A DNA stretch of 64,000 bases from Minisyncoccia bacterium (GTDB lineage Bacteria > Patescibacteriota > Minisyncoccia > Phycocordibacterales > UBA9973). Below, one piece after another: positions 35,812 through 45,040 of the stretch (position 1 is its first letter; each line of letters starts with the position of its first letter). The notes beneath the pieces are model-generated. The model was not told where the DNA came from and ran no database searches. It worked only from the letters and a program-made list of their open reading frames with translations. The stretch spans positions 450-64,449 of the forward strand of contig JBGAUR010000001.1 in NCBI GenBank assembly GCA_044228545.1, in the 5' to 3' direction. A program made the translations under genes and the position numbers.

Positions 35812-37338
35812 ATGTCATTAACAGCAATAATAATTTCAGTACTTGCACTCGCTGCAGGTGTTGGTGTTGGGTATTATTTGCGCCTTATCATTTCTCTTGG
35901 TAAGAAGGGTTCAATGGAACTCGAAATCAAGCAGATCATGCTCGGTGCAAAAGAAGAAGCTCAAAGAGTCCTCGACGAAGCTAAGAAAAAAGCCGAAGAG
36001 AAGGCTGAAGAAGTACAATTAGAAAGCAAGAAAAAAGAAGAGGAGTGGAAGCAAACAGAACATCGTCTTATAAAAAAGGAAGAGCTTCTAGATGCTCGCC
36101 AAGTCGAGATTGATCGTGAAGTAGAAAATATCAAGCTTAAAGTTGAAGAAGTTAAAAAAGTAAAAGATCGTGTTGAGAATATGCAGTCTGAAAAAGAAGC
36201 TGAGCTTGAGAAGATTGCTCATCTTTCTGTAGATGATGCAAAAAATATTCTATTCAAGAGTATTGAAGAGCGTTATGAAGAAGATTTGCTTGTAAGAATG
36301 CAAAAGATGGAAACAGCAAATACAGAGAAGCTTGATCGTCGTGCAAAAGATATCCTATCTGCAAGTATCAATCGCCTTGCTTCATCTACAGCAAGCGAAA
36401 TGATGACGACTTCAGTAAATATCCCAAACGATGAGATCAAAGGAAAGATTATCGGTAAAGAAGGACGTAATATCCGTGCATTTGAACGTGCTGCAGGAGT
36501 TGAACTTATTATCGATGAAACTCCAGGCGCAATCGTAATATCTTCCTTTGACCCAGTTCGTAGACAAGTAGCCCGTCTTGCGCTTGAAAACCTTATATTA
36601 GACGGCCGTATCCAACCAGCAAAAATCGAAGAGGTGGTACTAAAAGCACAAGAAGATATCAATAAAATCATAAAAGATAAGGGTGACCAAGCTGTGTACG
36701 AGTGTGGAATATTTAATCTCGACCCTCGTATTGTAGCTATCGTTGGACGCTTATACTTCCGTACAAGTTATGGACAAAATGTTCTTCAACACTCTATCGA
36801 GATGGCCCACATTGCAGGAATGCTTGCTGAAGAACTTGGCGCAGATATTCAAATCGCAAAGGCAGGTGCACTTGTACATGACATTGGTAAAGCACTCGAT
36901 CATGAAGTTCAAGGTACGCACATCGACATAGGTATCCGTATCCTTCAGAAATTTGGTGCAGATCCAAGGATTATCACAGCAATGAAAAGTCACCACGATG
37001 ATTGCCCTCACGAATCTATCGAGGCTGTGATCGTCCAAACAGCGGATATGATCTCAGGTGGCAGACCTGGCGCAAGACGTGATAGTGTTGAGAATTACAT
37101 TAAACGTTTGCAGGACCTTGAAGCGCTAGCTAAAAGTTTTGAAGGGGTTGAGAAATCTTATGCTCTATCTGCTGGACGCGAAATCAGAATATTCGTCACT
37201 CCAGAGAAAGTAACAGATATAGGTGCAAAAGATATGGCACGTGATATCGCAAAGAAAATAGAGCAAGAACTCACTTACCCAGGAGAAATAAAAGTTACAA
37301 TGATAAGAGAGAATCGTATTATTGAGTTTGCAAGATAA
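35812..37338 (+). CDS. rny: Ribonuclease Y
   Basis: N-terminal TM helix, coiled coil, KH domain (GKIIGKEGRNIRAFE) and HD domain (HDIGK). Confidence 0.85.
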   Translation: MSLTAIIISVLALAAGVGVGYYLRLIISLGKKGSMELEIKQIMLGAKEEAQRVLDEAKKKAEEKAEEVQLESKKKEEEWKQTEHRLIKKEELLDARQVEIDREVENIKLKVEEVKKVKDRVENMQSEKEAELEKIAHLSVDDAKNILFKSIEERYEEDLLVRMQKMETANTEKLDRRAKDILSASINRLASSTASEMMTTSVNIPNDEIKGKIIGKEGRNIRAFERAAGVELIIDETPGAIVISSFDPVRRQVARLALENLILDGRIQPAKIEEVVLKAQEDINKIIKDKGDQAVYECGIFNLDPRIVAIVGRLYFRTSYGQNVLQHSIEMAHIAGMLAEELGADIQIAKAGALVHDIGKALDHEVQGTHIDIGIRILQKFGADPRIITAMKSHHDDCPHESIEAVIVQTADMISGGRPGARRDSVENYIKRLQDLEALAKSFEGVEKSYALSAGREIRIFVTPEKVTDIGAKDMARDIAKKIEQELTYPGEIKVTMIRENRIIEFAR

Positions 37339-37354
37339 AATAAATTAAATCCAT

Positions 37355-37669
37355 ATGAATATAGAACAAATTGGAAGAGGTAAGTTAGAAAAAATAGCTG
37401 CAGAAAGTCCTGAGTTGCAAGCAATATATCTAAAAAAGTTTGAAGAAATAGAAAAAAGAATACTTGTTGGAGAAGCAACATGGGACCAGCTTGAGGATCT
37501 TATATATGAAGCGCTAACAAGTTCAGAGGAAGTACAAAATATAGCGATGGATTTTCTCAAAAAGAGAGTTGAGGAAAGAAGGAAAAATCCACAATATAAA
37601 TCTTTGGTTTTAAAAGAAGATAGGACTGGATTTGTACATCCAGACTATCAAGAAAATAGAGAAAATTAA
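37355..37669 (+). CDS. Hypothetical protein of 104 aa
   Basis: ORF only. Confidence 0.3.
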   Translation: MNIEQIGRGKLEKIAAESPELQAIYLKKFEEIEKRILVGEATWDQLEDLIYEALTSSEEVQNIAMDFLKKRVEERRKNPQYKSLVLKEDRTGFVHPDYQENREN

Positions 37670-37718
37670 TCCGAGTGAAATAGCTATCACAAAAAAGAGC
37701 CATTTATTTGGTTCTTTT

Positions 37719-38102
37719 TTATATTTCTTCTCTTTTCAAAATGATTAAATTCAAATGAAAATGTCCTGGCATTGTTTGACCTTTTGGCAAATTTTCCCAG
37801 ATAGCATCGTAGTTTTTTGTTAAATAATCTTTTTTTATTTGTTCAAATTCTTCCCTTTCTTCAGATGTAAGTAATTCCCAACTAAAAGGAATTTCTCGTT
37901 TTGTTGCTAACATATGAGTAGTTGTTGCGACTGCATCATATGGAAATTGATTGTCTATAATAACCCAATGATTAAATTCTTTAATTGGAGTTTCTTTAAA
38001 GGGGTTGTACTGTATGCCCTTTTCTTCCCTTTCCCTCATCACTTTCATATACTTTGTCATCATCGCATCGCTACGTAAAAATGTCCGTGTAATGTTTGCC
38101 AT
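37719..38102 (-). CDS. Hypothetical protein, possibly HIT-like (GHFHLNLI)
   Basis: It has a weak, degenerate histidine-triad-like motif. The family call has low confidence. Confidence 0.3.
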   Translation of the reverse strand: MANITRTFLRSDAMMTKYMKVMREREEKGIQYNPFKETPIKEFNHWVIIDNQFPYDAVATTTHMLATKREIPFSWELLTSEEREEFEQIKKDYLTKNYDAIWENLPKGQTMPGHFHLNLIILKREEI

Positions 38103-38178
38103 AAATATTTATGGATTATAGCATAAAAAAATACCAAGCGGACTTGGTATTAATGCAAAATCTTGAGCATTTAAAATA

Positions 38179-38679
38179 TTATTTCTTTAAGGACCAGGAT
38201 GCATTGATCAAAATCCCAAACGATAATATTGGCTTACCTTGGAAGGTAGTGCCTAACTCAACAAACTCAAAGATTTTAATATTGCCAACCTTTTCCATTT
38301 TCTCAACACCTGCTCCCAGGTATTTACCTTTGGAATTCAAACTCTTAGCAAATACTCCATATACATCCCAATTTTTTTTCAAGAAATAGCCATTGAGTGA
38401 TACTAAAGAGTTATTACCGAAGCCGTACATAACCTTATGAAAGGTTTTTTCGGTGATAAATGTTACATCGGCAAGCAAATTCTGGTTTACAGTAAATGGT
38501 TTACCGCTTCCAGAGAAGGAAGTCTCTGCAACTGTGGCCAATACTGCTCCGGCGTTAACTTTTTTTATTAACTGAGCATTTATAAGTTTAGAAAATAAAG
38601 ATACGACAGCAATAAGGATAATCTTTTTCATTTTGTTTGATTTAAGGTTCTTTAATATTATTTGAACATATTCTGACAC
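38179..38679 (-). CDS. Secreted hypothetical protein with a signal peptide
   Basis: N-terminal MKKIILIAVVSLFSKLINAQ. Confidence 0.4.
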   Translation of the reverse strand: MSEYVQIILKNLKSNKMKKIILIAVVSLFSKLINAQLIKKVNAGAVLATVAETSFSGSGKPFTVNQNLLADVTFITEKTFHKVMYGFGNNSLVSLNGYFLKKNWDVYGVFAKSLNSKGKYLGAGVEKMEKVGNIKIFEFVELGTTFQGKPILSFGILINASWSLKK

Positions 38680-38779
38680 GAATTCTGTATTCTGTCATAT
38701 TTGTCGTCAAAAGATATAAAATTGCTATTTAAGCTATATTTTGTATAATATAAATGTTGTCAATTATTACGACAAATCT

Positions 38780-39529
38780 ATGAAAAACCCTAAATTATTG
38801 GGAACATTAAAAGATATTGGACTTGATGAGACAGAAGCACAAATCTACCTGACTTCCCTTTCATTAGGCCCAACTACAGTACTGAAGATCGCTCGCAGTA
38901 GTTATATCAAGCGCACGACGGTATATGGAGTTATTGAATCCTTGCAGAGCAAAGGTCTAATGCGAATTGAGTTAAAGGGACTGAAGCAACTATATGTGGC
39001 TGAAAACCCAGAGAAACTAGAGGCGATACTTGATAATAGGAAAAGAGAATTTAGCGCAAAATTGCCTGACTTTATGGCTCTTTATAAGCTAGAAGGTGGT
39101 GAAAGTACTATAAAATACTACACTGGGCTCAAAGCCATGAAACGTATATATCTGAGCACTCTAGATGAGGTAAAAAGTGGTGATGAATACCTTGTGATAA
39201 CCAACCAAGAAAAGTGGTTCCTCCTTGATCCAGACTTTTGGATGAAGGAGTATATAGAGGAAAGGGCGAAATTGCCTTGCAAAACAAGGCTAATATCCCA
39301 AAATTCCAATACCGCTCTAGAACATCAGAAGTTTGAAAGAAATTACAACGAAAAATTCAAGATTTTCGGAGAAAATGTTTCAATAAATATAGATATGGTG
39401 CTTATCCCGAACAAACTCATAATTGTTGACCTACTTCCACCTCTTACAACCCTTGTAATAGAAAATAAAAATATCATTGAACTCCAAAAACAACTTTTTG
39501 AAATTATCTGGAGCTCTATACCAGAATAG
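38780..39529 (+). CDS. TrmB-family winged-helix transcriptional regulator
   Basis: GLDETEAQIYLTSLSLGPTTVLKIARSSYIKRTTVYGVIESLQSKGLM is a TrmB-type N-terminal HTH. Confidence 0.6.
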   Translation: MKNPKLLGTLKDIGLDETEAQIYLTSLSLGPTTVLKIARSSYIKRTTVYGVIESLQSKGLMRIELKGLKQLYVAENPEKLEAILDNRKREFSAKLPDFMALYKLEGGESTIKYYTGLKAMKRIYLSTLDEVKSGDEYLVITNQEKWFLLDPDFWMKEYIEERAKLPCKTRLISQNSNTALEHQKFERNYNEKFKIFGENVSINIDMVLIPNKLIIVDLLPPLTTLVIENKNIIELQKQLFEIIWSSIPE

Positions 39530-39687
39530 ATTGAGTATTTTGTCAATCCAGATGTGAAAGCTTGCGTGAAAATACCCTTGGTATATAATAGTATTACTCC
39601 TATTTTAAGGAACGCGTTTCAAAAACGGTCGAACATTATTCAGAAAAATTTTCACTTTTTCTCGCGAGATTGTGAAAAAACAAATAA

Positions 39688-39960
39688 ATGAATAAACAAG
39701 CATTAGTAGAATGGGTTCACGGCAAAATCGGCGGTACAAAAGTGCAAGCTGAAGAAGTTGTGAACGGAATGTTTGATGCTATCGTATCTACTTTGAAGAA
39801 AGGTGGCGAAGTATCAATCGCGGGAATTGGAATCTTCTCAGTCAAGCAACGCGCAGCTCGTATGGCTCGCAATCCAAAGACTGGTGAACAAGTCAAAGTC
39901 CCTGCGACAAAAGTGCCTAAGTTCCGAGCAGCGAAAGCTCTAAAAGACGCTGTAAAATAA
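39688..39960 (+). CDS. hup: DNA-binding protein HU
   Basis: MNKQALVEWVHGK...ISIAGIGIFSVKQRAARMARNPKTGEQVKVPA shows the HU arm motif. Confidence 0.85.
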   Translation: MNKQALVEWVHGKIGGTKVQAEEVVNGMFDAIVSTLKKGGEVSIAGIGIFSVKQRAARMARNPKTGEQVKVPATKVPKFRAAKALKDAVK

Positions 39961-40072
39961 AATATTATACAGATTGAAGGACCACTCTATTCTATCCATG
40001 AGTGGTTTTTTAATGCGTGGTTAAGTGCTATGATTAAAAGAAACTTTAACCTGTACTCTTAAAAAAATAAAT

Positions 40073-41152
40073 ATGATAAAGATAACCACGGGCCAGGGCT
40101 CCCCTTTCTACAGCTCTTTAAAGACAAAAGTTTATTCCCACTTTGAAGAAAATGGAATCTCAATTAAGGGTAACTTGGTTCTGTTTATCAAAACAGGTAT
40201 CATTATAACCCTTGCAGTATTTCTTTATGTTTACCCTTACACCACACAAATGACTCTTTCAACCTATTTATGGTTTAGAGCAATGAGTGGAGTGGTTATG
40301 GGATTAGCCGGATTTAATATTGGCCACGATGGAGCTCATGGTAGCTACAGCAAAAACGAAGTTGTAAACGAAATCATGAGTTGGGTGTTTGACGCTTCGG
40401 GAGCCAGTAACTTCATGTGGAAAACAAAACATAATGTCATACATCATGGTGTAACCAACACACCAGAAGACGATGATGTAGACACTAATAGTGCTCTGCG
40501 TTTAGGCTTTTGGCAAAAATGGCGTTTTGTTTATATTTTTCAACCCTTTTATGCCTTTATCCTTTATGGAGTACTCCACTTCTTCTGGTTTGCTGTTAAA
40601 GATATCCATAAGTATTTTACTGGTAGAATTGGTGGTCGGAAAATAAAGCCGATGACAAAAAACCAGAAAATATTCTTTTGGGTTGGTAAATTTGTTTACT
40701 TATTCAAATCTTTAATCTTACCGATGATTGTGTTTGGCTCTGTAAAAGGTGGCCTTGGGTTTATCGTACTTGAATTTGTATGTGGATTTATCATAGCGAT
40801 TGTTTTCCAAATGGCACATGTTCAAAATAAAGCTATGTTTTATGTGGGTAACCCCAATATAAACATGGAATGGGCAGTGTTTCAATTAAAAACAACAGCA
40901 GACTTTGGGACATGGAATCCTATTTGGTTCCATTTATTTGGTGGACTTAACTTCCAAGTTGAGCATCACCTATTCCCAGATATCTCACATGTACATTATC
41001 GTAGAGTACGAAAAATACTTAAGCAACATTGTAGAGAGTTCAATGTGGAATACAATGAGTATAAAACATTCATAGGAGTGTTCATTGACCACATTTCATA
41101 TCTCTGCAAAATGGCCTGGGTTAAAAATCACCCACAACCAGCGGTTGTATAA
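40073..41152 (+). CDS. Membrane fatty-acid desaturase
   Basis: Three histidine boxes HDGAHGS, HNVIHHG and EHHLFPDISHVHY, plus multiple TM helices. Confidence 0.75.
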   Translation: MIKITTGQGSPFYSSLKTKVYSHFEENGISIKGNLVLFIKTGIIITLAVFLYVYPYTTQMTLSTYLWFRAMSGVVMGLAGFNIGHDGAHGSYSKNEVVNEIMSWVFDASGASNFMWKTKHNVIHHGVTNTPEDDDVDTNSALRLGFWQKWRFVYIFQPFYAFILYGVLHFFWFAVKDIHKYFTGRIGGRKIKPMTKNQKIFFWVGKFVYLFKSLILPMIVFGSVKGGLGFIVLEFVCGFIIAIVFQMAHVQNKAMFYVGNPNINMEWAVFQLKTTADFGTWNPIWFHLFGGLNFQVEHHLFPDISHVHYRRVRKILKQHCREFNVEYNEYKTFIGVFIDHISYLCKMAWVKNHPQPAVV

Positions 41153-41174
41153 TTATTGTATTACAGAAAATGGG

Positions 41175-41203
41175 ACCGGATCACACAAGATCCGGTTTTT
41201 TTA
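41175..41203. terminator. Hairpin ACCGGATC-ACACAA-GATCCGGT plus a T-run, between the convergent desaturase and zupT genes
   Basis: Read directly. Confidence 0.5.
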
Positions 41204-41205
41204 TT

Positions 41206-41955
41206 TTATTCTAAAAATGTAAGGAGAAGCATTAAACCAACTCCAACAATGACAGTAATTATTTGAAATATAGAATTATTATTTCCTTGGTGTTTGTGTA
41301 ATTCTGGAATTAGATCCGCAACTGCTATATATATAAATCCTCCAGCTGCAATTGGCAGTAGCCAGATTATTGAAGCCTCAGCTACAGAACCCAACACTAA
41401 TGCAACAATAACTCCTACTACAGATAGTAGAGCTGAAACAAAGTTCAACCACAGTGCTTTATTTTTTGAGTATCCTGAGTGTAATAAAACAGCAAAATCA
41501 CCAATCTCTTGAGGGATTTCGTGTAAAATAACTGCAATTGTAGTTGCGATACCAAGAGGTATGCTGACAAGGAAACTAGCTCCAATAATAACTCCGTCGA
41601 TTAGATTGTGAATCCCATCAGATACGAGAATCAACTTCCCTACTGGGTGTATTTCAGGATGTGCAGCATCTTCTCCGTGATGATGCCAGTGAAGGAACTT
41701 TTCTAATATAAAGAATACCAATATACCTGCTATAACTAAGGAGCTTACCAAAGCATTATCTGTTCCCTGTTCAAAGGCTTCAGGAATTATATGAATAAAA
41801 GCATCTCCAAGAAGCGCTCCAACAGCAAGACTTATAAAAATACCAATATATTTCTTCAAGGTTTCCTCTTTAAAAGAAAGAGTAAAAACTCCTACGAGTG
41901 ATATTAGGCTTATAAGTAGAACACTACCTACTGCATATAAATATGTTGTGATCAT
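41206..41955 (-). CDS. zupT: ZIP-family metal transporter (ZupT-like)
   Basis: HEIPQEIGDFAVLLHSG is the ZIP signature. It has 8 TM helices. Confidence 0.8.
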   Translation of the reverse strand: MITTYLYAVGSVLLISLISLVGVFTLSFKEETLKKYIGIFISLAVGALLGDAFIHIIPEAFEQGTDNALVSSLVIAGILVFFILEKFLHWHHHGEDAAHPEIHPVGKLILVSDGIHNLIDGVIIGASFLVSIPLGIATTIAVILHEIPQEIGDFAVLLHSGYSKNKALWLNFVSALLSVVGVIVALVLGSVAEASIIWLLPIAAGGFIYIAVADLIPELHKHQGNNNSIFQIITVIVGVGLMLLLTFLE

Positions 41956-41957
41956 TG

Positions 41958-42031
41958 TGGTGCGGGATAAGAGAATCGAACTCTTGCCAACAGTTTGGAA
42001 AACTGTAGTTCTACCACTAAACTAATCCCGC
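41958..42031 (-). tRNA. tRNA-Gly (anticodon TCC), CCA encoded
   Basis: Manual fold of the reverse complement: GCGGGAT acceptor, anticodon loop TTTCCAA, 4-nt variable loop, T-arm AAGAGTTCGATTCTCTT, and terminal ACCA. Confidence 0.8.
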
Positions 42032-42178
42032 GATTTTACTGTAAAAAAACTTGTCGGGGTGCCGGGAATTTCTACCCTTACAGGGTCAGTATACTTTTTA
42101 AAATTTACTATCGTAAATATTTAAAAAGTCTTCGAATCCCGGACGCAAGCAAAGCAGTTTGCTTGCTCATCCGACTTG

Positions 42179-42251
42179 TCGGGGTGCCGGGATTCGAACC
42201 CGGAGTCGCCTGTTCCCAAAACAGGAATGTTAGCCGTTACACCACACCCCG
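42179..42251 (-). tRNA. tRNA-Pro (anticodon TGG)
   Basis: Manual fold: CGGGGTG acceptor, D-stem GTGT/ACAT, anticodon loop TTTGGGA, T-arm CCGGGTTCGAATCCCGG. No CCA is encoded. Confidence 0.8.
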
Positions 42252-42308
42252 AACCCGAAAAACACTCATCTATATTAGCATATTTTGCATAAAACACAAT
42301 TATAAAAT

Positions 42309-43955
42309 TTAAGCAATTTCTTTTAGATAACAACTCTCACAAGCAATTTTTTCATACCCCCAACTTTTTGGATAAAATGCATTTATATTTTTATTACAAT
42401 AAAAACAATTGTAAAATTCACTTTTACTTGGACTTGTAGTAATAAGACGCTCTTTCGTACGTACATCAAAGTGAACTCTTGGAATAGCAATCTGCATTTT
42501 CTTGAGAAAAGATAGTTCCGCTTCTGATATATTATATCTCCATCCAGTTACAGGACAAACTAAGGGTTGTTTACAAATACTTACATCAATAGCTTCAATT
42601 GATTCTGGTATATCTTTAGTATTCATACCTTCGACTTTTACTCCTTCACCTTCGTCCCAATATCCACCCTTTTCTAATACATACTCTCTTGTAACTTCTG
42701 GAAAATAAATCGCTGCAGTAGAAAAATTGTAAGGGCATAAACCAAGTGAGTATGGTGGAAATTTACCATATTCCCCCTTCTCTTTCATATCAGAAATTAT
42801 TTTTGATTTCAAAACTTCGTATTCTTCTTTTGTATACTGCTTATTTAAGATACAATACTTCTTCTTACGCAAACTAATACAACCGAAACAATAATCGATT
42901 TCGAGGCACTCGTCACAATACTCAGAATATCTTGCTCCATCACACCATATAGAATAATTCAGTTGGTACCCATTAGTGCAACAGCTATTATTACCAGATA
43001 GTTCAATTTTCCAACAACCGGTCAAATCTATACAATCTTTTGCCTCACGACCTCTTAAACAATCTACACAATTTTCAGATTCCTCCCAAAAGAAAACATT
43101 AGTACAACTTTTGCAGTCACTAAGATAACTACCAAAAGAATCATATGTTTTAATACTAAAATTCTCTCTATGAACGACTTGTTTCTTTAATATTTCTTGA
43201 TATTGGGAACGTAATTTTTCAAGATTTTTATTGGAAGAAAAATCAAATTCCTTAACTTTTTCTAAATACTCTTCTTTCGTATATTGAACATTTAAAATGC
43301 AATACGACTTCCCTCTTAGATTCCAACACATAAAGCAATTACTACAATTTCTACAATCAAAAAGGAAAGAACTATTTATGCAATCTCTACTATTTCTAGA
43401 GAAAAATAATTCATAGGAGTTAAAACAGTAAACGCAATCATAGCACTTTTCAAGATCAAACACATGTGATGTATCTATCGAGTCTTTTACCTTTACTGCC
43501 CTATATCCGTAAATAAGATCTTCGCAATGTGAAACCGAGCGACTCAAATAACAATTCTTAGATTCCCATGCATCATCACACCAATCACAATTTAGATTTT
43601 GTGCTCCTTGTTGGTGTGGGCGAGGAACTTTTTCTTGAAGTTCTTTTAATTGATCAATAAATGGCCGACTTGAATCGTAATCTTGTCCATATTCCATCGG
43701 ATCCCAAGCATCACTCCACCATTCTTTTGATGTATATATTGGATATCTTGGATTCTCTGGTAAAACAGTAATGAGCTTTTCCCCAGACAAATCAGACTTC
43801 CCTGTTCTAAATTTGCCAAACGGCCAAAAAGCCATATGTTGTTTCCATCTGCAATATACACAAATATCAGGCCCAACAATATCAACTTTATTATATAAAT
43901 CCCTTTCTATTGGAGTTATCTCAAAATTTGCTTTGCAATACAGACATTCTTTCAT
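42309..43955 (-). CDS. Cysteine-rich protein of 548 aa, unknown family (paralog B)
   Basis: The same architecture as 8079-9767: CLYCKANFEITPIERDLY...CVYCRWKQ, WWSDAWDPMEYGQDYDSSRPFIDQLKEL, and two CILN(V/K)QYTKEEY motifs. Confidence 0.6.
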   Translation of the reverse strand: MKECLYCKANFEITPIERDLYNKVDIVGPDICVYCRWKQHMAFWPFGKFRTGKSDLSGEKLITVLPENPRYPIYTSKEWWSDAWDPMEYGQDYDSSRPFIDQLKELQEKVPRPHQQGAQNLNCDWCDDAWESKNCYLSRSVSHCEDLIYGYRAVKVKDSIDTSHVFDLEKCYDCVYCFNSYELFFSRNSRDCINSSFLFDCRNCSNCFMCWNLRGKSYCILNVQYTKEEYLEKVKEFDFSSNKNLEKLRSQYQEILKKQVVHRENFSIKTYDSFGSYLSDCKSCTNVFFWEESENCVDCLRGREAKDCIDLTGCWKIELSGNNSCCTNGYQLNYSIWCDGARYSEYCDECLEIDYCFGCISLRKKKYCILNKQYTKEEYEVLKSKIISDMKEKGEYGKFPPYSLGLCPYNFSTAAIYFPEVTREYVLEKGGYWDEGEGVKVEGMNTKDIPESIEAIDVSICKQPLVCPVTGWRYNISEAELSFLKKMQIAIPRVHFDVRTKERLITTSPSKSEFYNCFYCNKNINAFYPKSWGYEKIACESCYLKEIA

Positions 43956-43982
43956 TTATAAAGTATAGCTTATATACAGTAT

Positions 43983-44387
43983 TTATAAAATAATATTTTC
44001 AATGGTTCTCACCCTTGCTGTTCTGGTTTTTAAGTCAATGTAAACTAACAACAGGTCAAACTGCCAAGATGTATTCCCTATTCTTTTATGAATCAAGTAA
44101 GTTTGGATTGTCCTTGATAGTCTTTTAAGCTTCCAAGGGTGCATATTTTCTTCTGGTCTTTTGATAAATGGGTTCTCGTCTTTAAAATCTGGCAAGGTTA
44201 CACATGAAACTGACTTTACTTCAAAAAAATAGAGCTTGTCATCTTTTTGAGCAATTATATCTATTTCACCCCATTTTTTAGTGTAGTTTCTTTCTAATAT
44301 TAGAAAGTCCTGTTTCATAAGAAACTTACAAGCTATATCCTCGCCCAATTGACCAATTTTTTGAGAATCTGAGGTGAATTTTTTCAT
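43983..44387 (-). CDS. yraN: YraN-family (UPF0102) predicted endonuclease
   Basis: GQLGEDIACKFLMKQDFLILERNYTKKWGEIDIIAQKDDKLYFFEVKS matches the YraN motif. Confidence 0.6.
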   Translation of the reverse strand: MKKFTSDSQKIGQLGEDIACKFLMKQDFLILERNYTKKWGEIDIIAQKDDKLYFFEVKSVSCVTLPDFKDENPFIKRPEENMHPWKLKRLSRTIQTYLIHKRIGNTSWQFDLLLVYIDLKTRTARVRTIENIIL

Positions 44388-44657
44388 ATGTTACATGTGT
44401 AACTTGATAATGTGTTTCACGTGAAACTTTTATATATTTATAGGACATAAAAAGGAAAAGACCCCTGTCTTTCAAAAATAACCTTATTATATAAGTCTTT
44501 TTATTACTTTATAGTAAATATTTATTTTGTCAGGAATTGTCTTTTATGAACAATGCCCACATACTTATCCACAAAATCTATAATTTAAAAGGGTTTTTAG
44601 TGTGTATAAAAGACTAATAAAGAACAGTGGACTTTAAGACACTTATAAAATATTTTG

Positions 44658-44728
44658 TGCGGGATAGGAGAATCGAACTCCTGTCTCATCCTTGGCAAGG
44701 ACGTGTTCTACCACTAAACCAATCCCGC
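44658..44728 (-). tRNA. tRNA-Gly (anticodon GCC)
   Basis: Manual fold: GCGGGAT acceptor, anticodon stem CGTCC/GGATG, loop TTGCCAA, 4-nt variable loop. No CCA is encoded. Confidence 0.8.
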
Positions 44729-44866
44729 AAAATAAAATAACTCATAGATTATAACCATTTTTATCGATAATTGCAATTTGTAATTTTAGCCTTAATTTAT
44801 AAGGCTATTTACTAAATATCTGTTTTAGTATACAATGATTTAGTCGCAAATATAACCAAATAATTT

Positions 44867-44938
44867 GCACCCATGGTGAAATGGATATCACAACGGTCTT
44901 CGGAACCGTTATTGGGGGTTCGAATCCCTCTGGGTGCA
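44867..44938 (+). tRNA. tRNA-Arg (anticodon TCG)
   Basis: Manual fold: GCACCCA acceptor, D-stem GTGA/TCAC, anticodon stem ACGGT/ACCGT, loop CTTCGGA, T-arm GGGGGTTCGAATCCCTC. It is followed by hairpin 44939-44957. No CCA is encoded. Confidence 0.7.
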
Positions 44939-45040
44939 CAAAGTACGGGGTACTTTGTACAAGGCGGAGGCAGACGTGCCGAGCCAGGGTCGTGCAAGTT
45001 TTCAGCAGAAAACTATGCCTGACCACAGAAATCAACCCTC

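Noticed and set aside
44805-45035. Two overlapping minus-strand ORFs (76 and 61 aa)
   Set aside because: They overlap the well-folded tRNA-Arg and the cca upstream region, so they are spurious.
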